Positions 38,846 to 53,800 are shown, counted from the stretch's first letter. The stretch: DNA of 64,000 bases from Asterias rubens (GCF_902459465.1 NW_022985693.1:1178001-1242000), one strand, 5' to 3'. Notes: generated by a model not told the origin, from the letters alone. Numbers and translations: made by a program.

Positions 38846-41800
38846 GTCAGTCAAAGAGTGCCAAAATTAAAGGTTTGCTTTAAAGCTCTGAGGCACAGTT
38901 GAGTGGTTAGTAAGGCTGTTGAAACAGATGAGCTGTAAGGATTGTCTTGAATAAGTCAACTGGCACTTCTAATTTGTACAGGAAGATTATTCCACATTTT
39001 GGGGTCATATACTGAGAATGATCTCTCTGCAAAAGTTGAATTGTGAGTTCTTGGCACAACAAAAAGGGAACAAGAGGTAGACGTTTTTGTTGAGATCTTA
39101 ATTGTAGCATGTCTGTGATTTATCCAGGGGCTTGTTTATGGTACACTTTATACGTGAAATGTTAAGTGTCCTTACAATACACACTCTACCACCAACACAC
39201 GGGCAATAATTAATACTGCCAAAAAGCGCAGCAAAATTGATTGTTCCGTGATGACTTTGGGTAAATATTGGTTGATAACCATGAGCTGACACAGATATAC
39301 CGTTTTGTTCTCAGGTATTGGAGTCTGCACTGCATATGGTGATCCACACTACTCGTCGTTCGATAACAAGAAATTTGACTTCCAAGGGAGATGTCGTTAC
39401 ATTCTAGCAGAGAGTGCTAAAAAAAGTACTCTACCTGGTTTCAAGGTCATTGTGAAACATTTCTCTCCTAGTTTCAACTCGAGGGTTACTTTTACTGATG
39501 AAGTAACTGTCCATGTGTCTGGTTTGGTAAGTCAAATATCTCCTTCCTGTTATTCGAACAAAGCTTTGTTTCTATATTTTTCAAATAATGAGTCATTTTG
39601 TACAAAAGAGAAATAATACAGGGAACAGTGTAAAACCAAATACAATTAATTATGAACAAACAATGAGTATGAAGGCTGTTCAGGTAAGCTTGGTCTTGTA
39701 AGGAGGAACTGTGGACAAACATGTACATACCATTGACAATAGAAAACAACTTGGCAGACCAGTGTACAGTTAAGAAAAGACTTGGGCCCAATTTCATTGA
39801 GCTGCTTCTCAGCACTAAAAATAGCTAAGAAACGACAAAATTTTGCTTACCAGAATGACAAGAGTACCAGCCAAAATAATATTTAACACCTTTACTATTT
39901 GTGGCTGGTGTCCTGCTACTTTTTGCTGAAGCAGCTCTATTAAGTTGGGCTCTGAATGCAAGTGAAGCTAAACACTTAAGTCAAGAAGAATCAATGCTAA
40001 AAGGAAAAAGAAGTAATAGTTACTCATGGAAGCTGGGGGTCAGGACTTTTTTTAATACAGCATAGAATACCCCCCAAAATTACTTGTTCATTTCTATTCC
40101 CTTATTGCTTGGTTTATTTGAAATTATTTTAAACCTGTTTTCTACGTAAACTGTTTGTAGCTTTTTTTGCAGAAGATGACAGTTTTATTTTTTTATCTTG
40201 ACTTAACTAATTTATTTCTACTGTTCTTGCTTTATTTGTACATGTAGGTGATTGAGCTCCTTCAAGACAAGGAGGTTCGAGTGAATGGTATGGTTGTCAA
40301 TCCACCTGCTCACCCAGCACCGGAAGTGTCTATCGAGATCTCTGGCAAACGTGTGGTATGTACACAAGATTGGGGCTACCAATTAGTAATGGAATTGTTT
40401 CATTGCAATCAAAAGCCTTTGACCATGTGTTAAGGTAACTGATCAATTGAAAAGGATAGTTTCCACCAACATAAAATATGTCATCTGATTTATATTAAAA
40501 ACAAGTTTTCTTTATAAAATAGTGTAAATTATGATATAATTTTTGCATTTGTGATTACAGATTGTTACAACAAATTTCACTCTAGTTGTAGCATGGGATG
40601 GTGAAAATTCTGTTGGAGTTAGCATATCAGCCATGTACTTCAATCAAACTCAGGGTCTGTGTGGTACATACGATGGAGACCAAACTACTGACTTCAAGAC
40701 ACCAGACGGTGAAATTGTAAGCATGCTTTTTGTCTTCAAGCTGATGTGACTCAAGATAAAATAGATATCTGACAATCCAATAAACAATTAAAATTATTTG
40801 TTATAAGAATAAACTATAAATAATAGTAAACTTGCTAGTACAACCATATAATAATTCTCTTTTGAGGGAGTAATGGCTCTGAATATTTATTACTCAGAGA
40901 ATGCCCAAACGGTTTGTAGCTCAATCTAAAAAAAAAACCTATGATTTTAAAATGTCACAAATATTCCTAAACTAAATATTTGAGGAAGCTCAATTTTGAC
41001 ATATTACAAGTCTTAGATGAAAACTTGGAATGTTGTGGCCGATCAGATAGGAGCACCGGACTCATACTCTGGTGTTTGTGATCAGCACCTTTTGAATCCC
41101 TGTGTGACACTTGTGTTCTTGTGTTCTTAAGCAAGACACTTAACTACGATCGCTTTGTCCTTCAGATGGGACGTAAAGCTGTTGGTCCTGTGTGTTGTAC
41201 TACGCACCTAAAATACCCCAGTGCTTTTGATAAAAAGAGAAGGGGTTGGCTTGGCTGGATATTGCGCCACAGCACCCTGAAAACCATAACTAAACATGGT
41301 TCTATGTAAAAGGAGTGGGTCTCATACTTAAAAAAGTAGCTCCACATACCTTGCAGGAAATACTGAATGTTTAAGCGACACTGAATGATGGATATGAGCA
41401 CTATTTAAGAAACCACTATTATTATTGTAAATACAGGTTGATGGTGAGGGTGAGTTTGGTAACCGCTGGGTTTACGGTGAATGTGACACAATGGAACCTC
41501 CGGGTGGGTATAAGCCATGTGAAGAAGCTACAGAGGCTAATGTAGAAATGGCTGAACATCTCTGTGAAATCATTAGCGATGAGGATGGTAAGTGAAAGGA
41601 ATGGAGCCATCAGATTATTAACAGGGTCCAATTCCATAAAGCTTGTAAGCACAAAAACTTGCTATGCACAGACAAATATTGCTTAACAAAAACTGGTTCC
41701 CAGCCAAAACTACATTAAGTTTATACCGTTGTTTTTGGTTCAAAACCAAAAAATATGGAAGGCTGTCTCAGAAAAACTTGAATGTAAACATCATGAAGAA

Positions 41801-44800
41801 TGTTATCATTATTATTATTTTACTAAAGATTACCACGTAAACAGAAAACTGACACACAGGTGGCTGTTCCATAAAAAATAAAGAGGTTACGTGGAAGAGT
41901 GGTGTGTTTAAGATTGAGTGAATGTACTTGAGGGTCTTGTGGCTATAAAATCTATTCATAAATACCGGGGACAGTTTCTCCATTTGGATTGTTTGAGAGG
42001 ACACCACGTGGGGGGTGTTAAAATGGATGATATAACCACAGCCGGAAGTGTTTAAACACAGTTATCCTATGCGTGGCCACTGAATCAACAATTGGAGTGT
42101 ACAACTTGGATTTTTGACATAACCTTGTTCATCTCTTTGTATTATAACCAAGCGAGCTGAATTTATCCCAAAAAGTTTGAGGGTTCTGAAGCTTGGTGAA
42201 ATTTAGGGTAGTGTATTATGACTTTATTTGAGAAAATGTTCTTGAACACAACAATAAAATTATTCATAGTGAAAGAGCCCGAAATATTGAGTGAATGCTA
42301 CTGATGTGAATGTCATCTGTGGCAGAAACATTTAGTCTGGTTCCCAACATAGTCACGCGCGATTAGCTGTTATGAGAGGCAGAAACAAAATGTTAGTTTC
42401 ATTTATTAAATTGGCCATTTAACATGGATAGAGAATAACACATAAATCGCGTACGAGTGACAAAGCTGACAACAGAAATCCGTTCTCTAATTTACAGGAT
42501 TTTAATTTTTTTTTAACAATATGAAGGTAAAGGTACAAATGGGATTTGTCAATGTAAATTATCTAGATCCAGGCCAAGGGGGGTTTAAACAACACATTGA
42601 TTTCCTTATTGCAACTTGGCTAGAACGAGTCAAGTGGGTGAATTAGTCATATATTTTTTTTTATCTTCATTTTGTGAATGACGTCTATTTGACTTTTTTT
42701 TATAGGTCCATTTAGAGATTGCCACAGTGTATTAGGTTCAGAAACCTACTACACAAACTGCAGATATGATCTTTGTAGTACCCTACCAGAAAGGGGAGCC
42801 CTGTGTGATGATGTTGCACAATATGCAGATGATTGCAGAGGAGCTGGGGTGTCTATTGATCCTTGGAGAACTGAAGAATTCTGTCGTAAGTTATTCTCTT
42901 TAAGCCTCTGAAATCAAACATTCTTTTGTACTAAATGTGTTTCTTTTTGTGAACCCTTAAAATTTGAAATTGTTTCTTTCACCCTCATGGCAGCTTTTTC
43001 CCTAAAGTTTGTACTATCCATTGTCTCCATAGCATTCCAATGTCCAGAGGGTTCATCTTACACACCGTGTGCATCTGGATGCCCAGAGACATGCGAGTCT
43101 TTCAGAGAGGGGCCCCAAGATAACTCTTCCGACCCAGATATCTGCAGACGACGTTGTGTGGAAGGTTGTGATTGCGCAGATGGTTTGGTGTTAGGTGGAG
43201 GACGGTGTGTAACACCAGAAGACTGTGGTTGTCGATTGGGAGGCCGATATATTGAAGTTAGTTACATTTATGTACTTCGTTTTATTTATTTCATTCATTT
43301 ATTCGGTAACATTTATTTCAATGCTGTCATACAATACAATAATGCACATTTATGTCACAATTACAAAAGCAATATAGTATACAAGGTATGATATATTAGG
43401 TACACCATGGTTCAATAATAAGCAGCAATTTAAAGACAACATTTAGGTAGAAGGTTAAGTGGGATGCTTTTGTTTCCTAAATGGACAGAAAAACATTTTG
43501 TGGATATCAGGAATCGTATTTGGTTATGTGTTGGTTCAGTTATGTTTAAGAATTGTCTTTAAATAGATTTGTTTTGCTTGTATGAGTTTAAAATACTGTC
43601 AAATTGAACACTTATCTATAAAGCTTCTGGAAAATATTGCAAAGATACGGTTCAAGTTTTTGTATTTGCTTCAGTGAAAAATGATGAAGTAAAATTGTCT
43701 GGTAAAAAGTTTTCATCCTGGGAAAAAAAGATAAATAAGATAAATAATAGAACTTTGATATTGACAAAATCTCACAACAGACCAAGAAATAGGTTATTGT
43801 TTTATCTAACCTCATTGTTCATTGACAATCTTTTTCTGCAGCGTGGAGAACATTTCATCAAGGATGGTTGCGAAGAGAGATGTGAATGTACGAATGATGG
43901 AGAAATAGAATGTGAAGATATTGAGTGTCACCGCAATGCAGAATGTGCAGTCAGTGATGGTCAACTAAGTTGTCATTGTCGACAGCCATTGATTGGTGAT
44001 GGCATTGAAACTTGTGATTGTAAGTAAAGTATGTTTGTATGTTTGTTTGTATGTTGGGGTGTGTGTTTGTTTGTTGTTTGTTGTTTAGATGATCTTCCCA
44101 TTAGGAAACTCGGTGAACTTACACAAGGGAATATAAACCCCAAGCTGGCAGCAGCCATTTTCTCACACACAAACATCGGTTAAACATCTTTAATTATGAA
44201 TTGCACGAACTAAAAAAATGTGATTCAGTAACTAGATGACAATATTTATTCTAGTTATTGTGAAATCAGCGATAACCTTAGGGGCATGTAATTGCAAGTC
44301 CTGCAGTCTAACCACTGAACCATGGTGACATATGACCTCCTCAAAAGACAAACATGTTGAAAGCCAAATGTGACTACCAAAACAATAATCCAATCACAGT
44401 GATTCTCAACCGACAAGTGGCAAAACATTTGTTTTTACAAATTGAATTGTATTTGAGCTTCTCTAATTTGTTTTAGACACTTAATGAGTCAAACCTTTTG
44501 AAATCTTAACTGAGTTTTGGTTGTATTTACTTTGTTATGCAAGACATTTATAAGGGATTTGCTACTGTTCAGCATCCGGTTTATATTTATAATGTGGACT
44601 AAATTAATTTGTATTTGCTCTTTTTCCCAATAAGTGAGCCCCTGTTTCAGTGATCCATGCGAAAACAACGGTACCTGCCTTGAACTTCAAGATGGAGAAT
44701 ACATGTGTCAATGTACTGAATTGTTTATGGGGGAACGCTGCTCAGTGCGTGAGTTACCTCAAATTATTGTAAACTTTGTATCCAGTAACAGTCACCTACA

Positions 44801-47800
44801 GTCTCCTAAATATTATTTTGGATTTTTTTCAACTACTAAATCTATCATCGGATTTTCCTATTTCTAGTTTGTGAACTTAGTGTGGAGTGATTAGGGTGTG
44901 TTTATTTGCATTTAATACAAACTACTTATTTGCAGGTCGTGCTCTGTGCTACGTGTATGGAAGTCTTCACTTCATTACCTTTGATCTACTGGTTTTTGCA
45001 TTTCAAGGGGAATGTCAATACACTCTGGCAAAAACATGCCGTGATGATGTTGAACCAGCCTTTGAGGTCATCCAAGAGAATGTCCGCTTTACTGAAAAGT
45101 CATCGGTCATTAAGGCCATTCATGTCCATATTGGAGACAAGGTACTTGTAACCGGGCCATTTCATATGTTATGGCTCGGGCTATAAAGGCTATAGGTATA
45201 GCGAGGTCATTCATTTATACAGGTATTAGTAATATTAATAATAATAATAATATTAATAATAATAATAACATAATAAAAGACATTTATATGGCGCATAATG
45301 CAGGAGCCTCTATATGAAACACAAAACATAAAACAATGAAAAAAAAATACACTAAAAGCAATTGTTACAAAAGAAAGATTCAAGCAAATGAGTCTTAAAA
45401 ATTACAATGACCGATATTAGTATGTGCCACAGGGGGATTTTCATTTATACAATACCTCAAATTTTCAAACAACCAACATTCAACTCACTGTGAACATTGT
45501 GTTTTGTGTACTTAGACCCTTTGAACTAACTGATAATTATCCCCATTCCTAAAGGTGATAACTCTGGGTCGTGAAAATCAATGTTATGTAGATGGAGAGT
45601 GGATGGCATTGCCAATCACACTGGATGGAGTTCAAGTCAGGTTCAGTGGCTTCAACCTGGTGAGTTGCAAAATGCATTAATGTTGTTACATACAGGGCAT
45701 TATGTGTGTGTAAAATTATTTCACTGTGAGTATGTGCATGAAGATCGTAATGGTAAGTACATGGAGATAGTCGGTCTGCAGCAGGATCTCAAGGTGATGT
45801 GAAATTGCTCTTTGTATTACCCAGGTTCATCCTTTGCATTCTGTTTGTTGCGCATGATTTATTGTATTTGTGGATCTTTAACATGGTGTGGCCATCTTGA
45901 TTTTCAAGTCGATGTAACCAAACTGAGGTAGCTGGAAGGAGAAATAGTCTGGTTCCTTTTTGTACAATGAATGTTAGCACCCATTAATGCTGTTGGATTA
46001 AGGGAAAAATACCAACATGTTGGATGAAGGGAACAATACCAATATTCCGGCAACATGATACAGGTCTATTGACCCTATTCACCTGATGTCATCATCAAAA
46101 TAATCTTGGATGCGCAATTTTGGTGGTCAATGTCAACGTCTGTTATTCAGTGAAGTGCAGCGTTTACATGTAAACCTATTGACCACCAAAATGGTGAGCG
46201 TGGTGCAGTCGCCGCGTGTGACCTGTGTGCAACGGGTCAATAGCTCAGTGCTTCATCATGTTTATTGGGTTAGCAGATTGTCACTAGGATGATTGTGCCT
46301 GAATCTAATGATCATTCTCTTTGTGTTTTACAGGAAGTGAGAACTGATTTTGGTTTGACAGTTACTTACGATGGATTGTATTATGCAGCAGTCTATGTAG
46401 ATCCACATTTCTCTAACAAACTGTGTGGTATGTGTGGCAATTATGATGGAGACCACTCTAATGATGCCGTAAGTAACAAACACGATATTTGGTTTTGGTG
46501 CCTAATCACCAAAAGAAGTGAAACAGCCAAACATGGGATGAGAGAAAAATCAAATGGTCCTCATTTGGATTTGAACCCAAGCCCCTGACACTGGGGGCAG
46601 ATGCTCTACCAACTGATCTATGAGGCACAGCCGTCTACTCCCTCAGGTTTTTCCCAAGTAGTCATGTGGAGATAAAATACAATTTGTTTATTTTGATGTA
46701 TAAAATGCTGTCTAATATTATATCATAGACATCAACAAAGTAGTGCAACAATGCATCAAGTATATAACAACAAGTTAACAAACAATCTGGATCTTCCCAA
46801 AACATTTTTTCCACTTCAAGTTGCTTATTAAACTCCCCCAAATAAATTTCACTGTGAGTATGTGCATGAAGATCGGCATGGTAAGTACATGGAGATAGTC
46901 AGTCTGCAGCAGGATCTCAAGGTGATGTGAAATTGCTCGTTGTATTACCCAGGTTCATTCTTTGCATTCTGTGTGTTGCGCATGATTTATTGTCAACTTA
47001 TCAATGTATCCATGGTATTGCCCCTGTTTATCTTCAAAGCTTAGTTCAGGAGTACAAAGCAACCAGAAATCTGCGATCTTCAAATAAATCCCTTCTGACT
47101 CCCCCAGTCATCAAAACCAAGTCGTACGATTCCCGATCTTTCCAATATGCAGCAGTTCAGTTATGGAACAGTTTTCCAGAGGTTGTCAAACAGGCTGAGA
47201 CATTAGAACAGCGCATAGGGACCTCGCGGTGATATGCGCTACATATGATTATTATTATTATTATTATTGATGGTTTATTAAAATTTAACTTGTAGCCAAT
47301 GGCTAAATTGCGTCAATATATACATGTTATACAGTAAAATATTTTTAAAATAAACATTAGGGAATGCACAACAGACGAACTGCAACATGCGTCATCGACC
47401 GCCATCCTTGATGAATGTGTACGCGTGAAGAGCCATCACTGGCTGAGAGTCGTGCGTAGCACGTACACTTTGAAATCCATTGTTACATCAAAGATGGCGG
47501 CCAACGACGCGCATCGCAATCCGTCTATATATTAAAAAGGAAATGTTTACCCGACCGCAACAACACACAAGAACAAAAAAACAAACATTAAAATACCGGA
47601 GAACTCTACATACAGGCAAGAAATTTAAATAACATTTGAAATCAAAACATTGAGGACTACATGTACATACCTGATGTGAAAAGTGGTAACTTCATGTACT
47701 GTATGCTTAAAACAAGAGACTTTTACAACAACATTTTTTACGTTCACGTTCACGATTTTGCTCGCATTACGTGCAGCTAAGCCTTTCTATTTTCTGCATA

Positions 47801-50800
47801 GTTTTGCAAGGAAAGTTAGTTTGTAAGCTTTGTTTTTTTTACTTAGATGTTTGATGAATATTTAGGCAATGTTTTATCTGACTGATCTATACATATGATA
47901 TTGACTTGTTATTATAATGCATGAAATGTCAATTGAAATTGTTTTCATTAACACACATGTTTTCTTGTAATTGTTACTGATAATTAACCTTTTTTCTAAT
48001 CTTAGATGTCTGCCGCTGAAATAGGCAACTCATTTCTTTATGGTGATGGCTGTGCCCTCCCAGTGGAACCTGAAATAGATAGAGATTATAACCCATGTGA
48101 CAAGTTGGAACCAGAAATGGTTGGTGAAGCCAGGGAGTTCTGCAATGCTCTATATAAAGGTCAGTGATCTGAATCTTCCTCAGGATTTATTTTTCTGAGA
48201 CCCAATTATCAGTCATGCACAATGACAACAAACAAGCAATCCAGGCTCAATAATTTTGTACAAGTGACATTGGCTATCATTCTTGCAGTGTGAAATTTAA
48301 TTAAAAGTGTCTTCAAATTATTCTTAAAATGACGTTATAAGTCTTCATTGACATGTTTAAGTAGAGCAGAATGAAATGAAGCGTGATATTATGGTTTTAT
48401 CTTCTACATATAGATAGAGATATGTTTGTGATAACTGACAGCAAAGGAGAACAAGGCTAATTTCATTTTGCAAAGAGCACTTCCATTGTAAAATCTGGAA
48501 GTCTATGGGAGACTTTTGAAGGGGCTCTAAGGCCAAGACCAGGTGCAATGGAGGTCATGGCCTCCCTGGCCCCTGTGTAATTCCAGGTCTGGATTTAATG
48601 GAGTGTGTTTTTGTACATATAGTCTGTGTTTTACAGTGAGTATTTTTTTAACTGAACAGAGGCAACACTCCTCAATAACCAAACTAGTGAAGCCTCTTGT
48701 ACTCCAACAAGATGTGGTGGATTTATATTACGAGCACCACTTCACACAAACTGCTGTGCGTGATGCAGTGACTTACTAACAGGATTCATACTTGGTCTAT
48801 TAAAGCATAAATGCAAATAGTCCTTATATATACAGGCAGTTTTTAGGTGTTCGGCTAACAGCCGAACAACTATTGTTATTGAAATGTTTTTGTTTGTTTT
48901 TTTCCTCGTGTTCTTCTTTCCCTACGAACCTTCTCCAGCAATTTTAAACAAAAGTAAAGCTTGTACAAACTTAAAACTTGCTATGTACATAGGCAATAGT
49001 GAGTAGATGAAACCGCCACTTTTTGAGAATGATGACGATGGCAAGGTTTTTAAAGTTGAAAAACGACACTTGCTTTTCGCTGTATCTCAACGGATATTAA
49101 TGCTATGATGTTCATACTTGGGAATCGGATAGATAAAGACTTGGACAACATTTGAAAAGTTAACTTCAAAATCGCATGACCTTAACTTCCGGTCGTTACT
49201 ACGGGTCAAAGTTCGCCTTCGCATTTGTCAAAATAAAACAAAAGTAAAGCTTGTACAAACTAACTTAAAACTTACTATGTACATAGGCACTGGTGCGTGG
49301 ATGAAACGGCCACTTTTTTGGATTGATGACGTCATGACAAGGTTTTTAATGTTGAAAAATTACCATGTTGCTGTATCTCAACAAATATAAAAGCTATGAT
49401 GTTCATACTTGGGCATCGGATAGATACAGACTTAGGAAACATTTGAAAAGTTAACTCCAAAATCGTACGACCTTAACTTCTGGGTCGTTACCCTGGGTCA
49501 AAGTTCGACTTCGTGTTTTTTTTTCATCAAAAAACAACTTTTGAGCTTTTAAACAAAAGTACAGCTTTTACAAATTTAAAACTTACTAAGTACATAGGCA
49601 ATAGTGATTAGATGAAACCATCACTTTTTTGGAATGATGCAACATTTATGTTGTCATGACAACTAAGGTTTTTAATGTTGAAAAATTACCATTTACTTGT
49701 TGCTATATCTCAACAAATATTAAAGCTGTGATGTTCATACCTGGGCATCAGAAAGAAAAAGACTTGGGCAATATTTGAAAAGTTAAAGCCAAAATCGTAC
49801 GACCTTAACTTCCAGGTCGTTGTCCTGGGTCAAGGTTCCTCTTCATATTTTTTTATCAAAAACAACTTTGAGCTTATCTACGGCATAACTCAAGATTGAG
49901 ATCAATTTGAACCTAGAAACTCAACAGATATTTGAACCTTAGTATCAAGACACCACAGGCCTAATTATGTCATAATGACATCATCGGGTGTTAGGTAACA
50001 ATAAAACAACGTTTAAAATTTGTAAAATTCATGGCGCGAACGTTTTTTGGGAATTCCCAACAGCCCTCTCTTTTGTCCAACAAAAGAGGGCGCTGTTGCG
50101 CTTTTTTTGGGTCCAACAAAAAGGGTGCTGTTGATTATCAAATTTGTAAACAGCTTCCCGTACAGGGTGAGCTAAAGTTTTAAAGGGATTCTATAAGTTG
50201 CAAAATAAAACCTGATGCCAATCTCACACAAATATTGCATTTGTGAAGAAACAAGTTGTTAAAAAGTGTGATACAAGTTTAACTATAAAATAACACCACA
50301 TTGTAGAAAAAGTCATCTTTATGGTTCATTGTTTTTGAACTACGTCATCAAGTAACGTTCAACCGAACACCGTGTTTTTGTTATAAACAAAAATTCTATG
50401 TCTAGTTTTAACTGTGCCAGCGGGCGATTTCACGAAACGCTAGGATCAATCCTAACTCGAGTTAGGACGAGCAACCCGTCCTAACTTAGGATGGGTTCAA
50501 TTCAATTCGTCCTACGTACTTGGATACGGAACTTAACCCGTCGTAAGTCCTAAGATGATTCCTAAGTTAGGAAGAGTTTGGTGAAATCGACGGCTGTCCA
50601 CCTAGGCTCCCTCATCAACCTGTGTCAGTTTTCCTTGTACGCTGCTTTAATGAGTATTGTCCAGTCATTATAAACTTAATTCCCTTGCTCAGCTTACTTA
50701 CCAATTTTGATTTGTTGTTTCACAATCCTTATTTGTTTTCGCTTCCAATAGGACCACTGAAACCATGTTCCAGAATCCTCAATACACGCTTTTTATATGA

Positions 50801-53800
50801 ACTGTGCCTACATGATGCATGTGAATCAAGACTGAACAGACCACTGATGTGTCTGCATCCATTCATATTTGTGACAGCCTGTATATCACTTGGCGGGGAT
50901 GCCCCAATATGGAGGACTATTGACTATTGTCGTACGTAGGATTGATATTTTCTTGCACCGTATATTCAAAAGAGAATTAAGTATAAAGCTTAACCATTAA
51001 TGATCTTTGACAGTTTTTATTGGCAAGCTGCGTTTAGTGAAAATGTTAAATGTTTGTTTTGGGTATGAACAAGCCCAAGTGAGACTGTTATATAAACTTG
51101 CCAGTCATTTTCAGTAACTTTCAGCTAAGTTTTCCAATAATGTTGAAGTATTTGAAAAAAAAAAATATTAAAGTTTTTAGAATAACATTTTTACAGTTTT
51201 TTTTTTTCCAGGTTCAAACATTGACATCTGGATTTTAATTAACCAAATTCAAACTTAAATCTTAAAGTTTTGAAACGATTTGTTTAAACAAAAATCAATC
51301 TCTCTGTCACCGGTTACAGCTGAATGATGCTGAAAACAATGAAAACCGTTAATGGTCATTACTTAAAGGGAAGGTACACGCTTGGTAATTACACAAAACA
51401 AATATTAACTTAAAAAATGACTTGGTAATGCTGTTGATAGTATAAAACATTGACACAAACGGCTCCCTTTGAAGTAGCATAGATTTTGAAATAGAGTTCA
51501 TTTCTCACTAAAATAATAAAAGACTTCTAGCTAGAAGTCTTTTATTCATGTCTGAAAGCACACAAATTCGTCCAACAAGGGTGTTTTTTCTTTCATCATT
51601 TTCTCCCAACTCCGACGACCAATTGAGCTAAAATTTTCACAGGTTTGTTGTTTTATGCATATGTTGAGATACACCAATTGATCAAACGATTGATTTTTCT
51701 GTCAGTTATTGGTTCTACCTGGTTTTGGTTTTTACATACTATATTGAATATTCAATTGTGGGTGTGAAGTTGAAATTTTTAAATAATGATTGAATATGTG
51801 CATTTGTTTTTGAAGCTGTTGATTGTCAACAAGGGTCTAAATTCAATGTGCAGACCTCTGGGTGTCCGCAGACTTGCTCTGAACACAGAAGAGGAATTAC
51901 ACCGCACTGTAACACAAGAAGAGTGGAAGCATGTGAATGTAATGTTGGGCACTTCCTTAGTGGAGGAGAGTGTGTGCCTGCAGAAGAATGTGGGTGTGTC
52001 TATGAAGACACATACTATCAGGTACTTACATTGCATGTTTTCTATCTGTCATATTGTACAAACACCATTGACCCCTCAGATACTCTCATTGTATATCTGT
52101 AACTTCCATATTGTACAAAAACCATTGACCCCTCAGATACTCTCATTGTATATCTGTAACTTCCATATTGTACAAACACCATTGACCCCTCAGACACTCT
52201 CATTGTTCACATGTAACTTCCATATTGTACAAACACCATTGACCCCTCAGACACTCGCATTGTATATCTGTAACTTCCATATTGTACAAACATCATTGAC
52301 CCCTCAGATACTCTCATTGTCCATCTGTAACTTCCATATTGTACAAACATCATTGACCCCTCAGATACTCTCATTGTCCATCTGTAACTTCCATATTGTA
52401 CAAACACCATTGACCCCTCAGATACTCTCATTGTATATCTGTAACTTCCATATTGTACAAACTCCATTGACCCCTCAGATACTGACATTGTCCATCTGTC
52501 TCTTCATATTGTACAAACACCATAGTGCCTCTATGCCCTGTAAGATCATGTCAGAAATGGAGTGATTAGGAAGATTGAAGTGATGACCTACAGGTGTATC
52601 TAGCTTTTGGGTCTTGACTGTAGATCTGTGGCCGTAGAAACGCCTCTTGAGTGTAGTTCTTGTTTCACCTATATATTGAACACCACAGACTCTGCAAGAT
52701 ATGAGATAAATGAGATTAGTGGTGGTGCAGGTGACATGACCCCTTGTTTTATGGGTGGTACTGCCGGTGTTACTGGTGAAGGAGTCCGAATCCCTGATGT
52801 GTTGTCTACAGACGATGCATTTGGAGATGTTGGAACACCTAAAAGTTCCCTGTGGTAGAGGGGGATTAACATCATCATTAATGGGAGGGACTTCTGCTCG
52901 GACAATGAGATCCCTGAGACTTGGTGGGCGTCTGTAGGCAACTATGGGTTCTTCCTGCACAGCACGTTGAAGTCGATCTGATGTGTGAAGAATATGATGG
53001 TTAGAACTGGTTATTTTACGAATGGGAGGAAGTGAGGGGTGGAAAGTGACAACAAAAGGAACTTTCCCCGTAGGACTCTGTTGTTTCTTGGGTCCTTTGG
53101 AAAGTACTGACTCCCTAGAACGAGCCTTGACTTTCTGGATAGCTCGATGGACTGCTAGAGAGCTATGACCCCTGGAAACAAGGTGTTTCTTAAGTTCGTG
53201 TGAGTGGTGGATAAAATCAGAATAATTAGAACAGATTCGACGGAGTCTGAGGGCCTGACTGTAGGCTATGCTGGTTTTGCAGTGTCGGGGGTGACAGCTA
53301 GTGGAATGTAGGTATTGGTGTTTATCTGTGGGTTTAACGAAGAGATCTGTGGTTAAGCCTGCATCCGTCTTGAGAACCTTGACATCCAGAAAGTGTGTAT
53401 CCTTGATTGAGTATTCGCTCGTGAATTTAATGGTCCTGTGGAAGGAATTTATGTGATTAATGAAAGCTTTGAGGCTCTGCTTCATCGCTTGTCCAGATGA
53501 AAAAGATGTCATCGATATAGCGCCACCAGACCCAGGGACGGCAAGAGAAAAAAAAAGAACAGAAAAAAGGGAAAGGATTTGCTCTGTATAGTATTTGCAC
53601 AGTCAAGTTTGACATGATATGTTGCTTTTTCTCATTTATTACAGCAAGGCCATATTTTTGTGAAAGATGACTGCACTCATGTATGCGAATGTAATGATGG
53701 TCGGGTAAAATGTACACAGTTACAGTGTGATGACAATGCTGAATGTGTTGTAGCTGATGGAGTGCGTGCATGTAAATGCAGTGACGGTTTCATTGGAAAT

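Noticed and set aside
51786-52565. 259-aa ORF with 19-aa repeats (CNFHIVQTPLTPQILSLYI)
   Set aside because: Artefact of a stop-free 57-bp minisatellite. It overlaps exon 48 in the wrong frame and crosses its donor. The antisense ORF 52207-52488 has the same cause.
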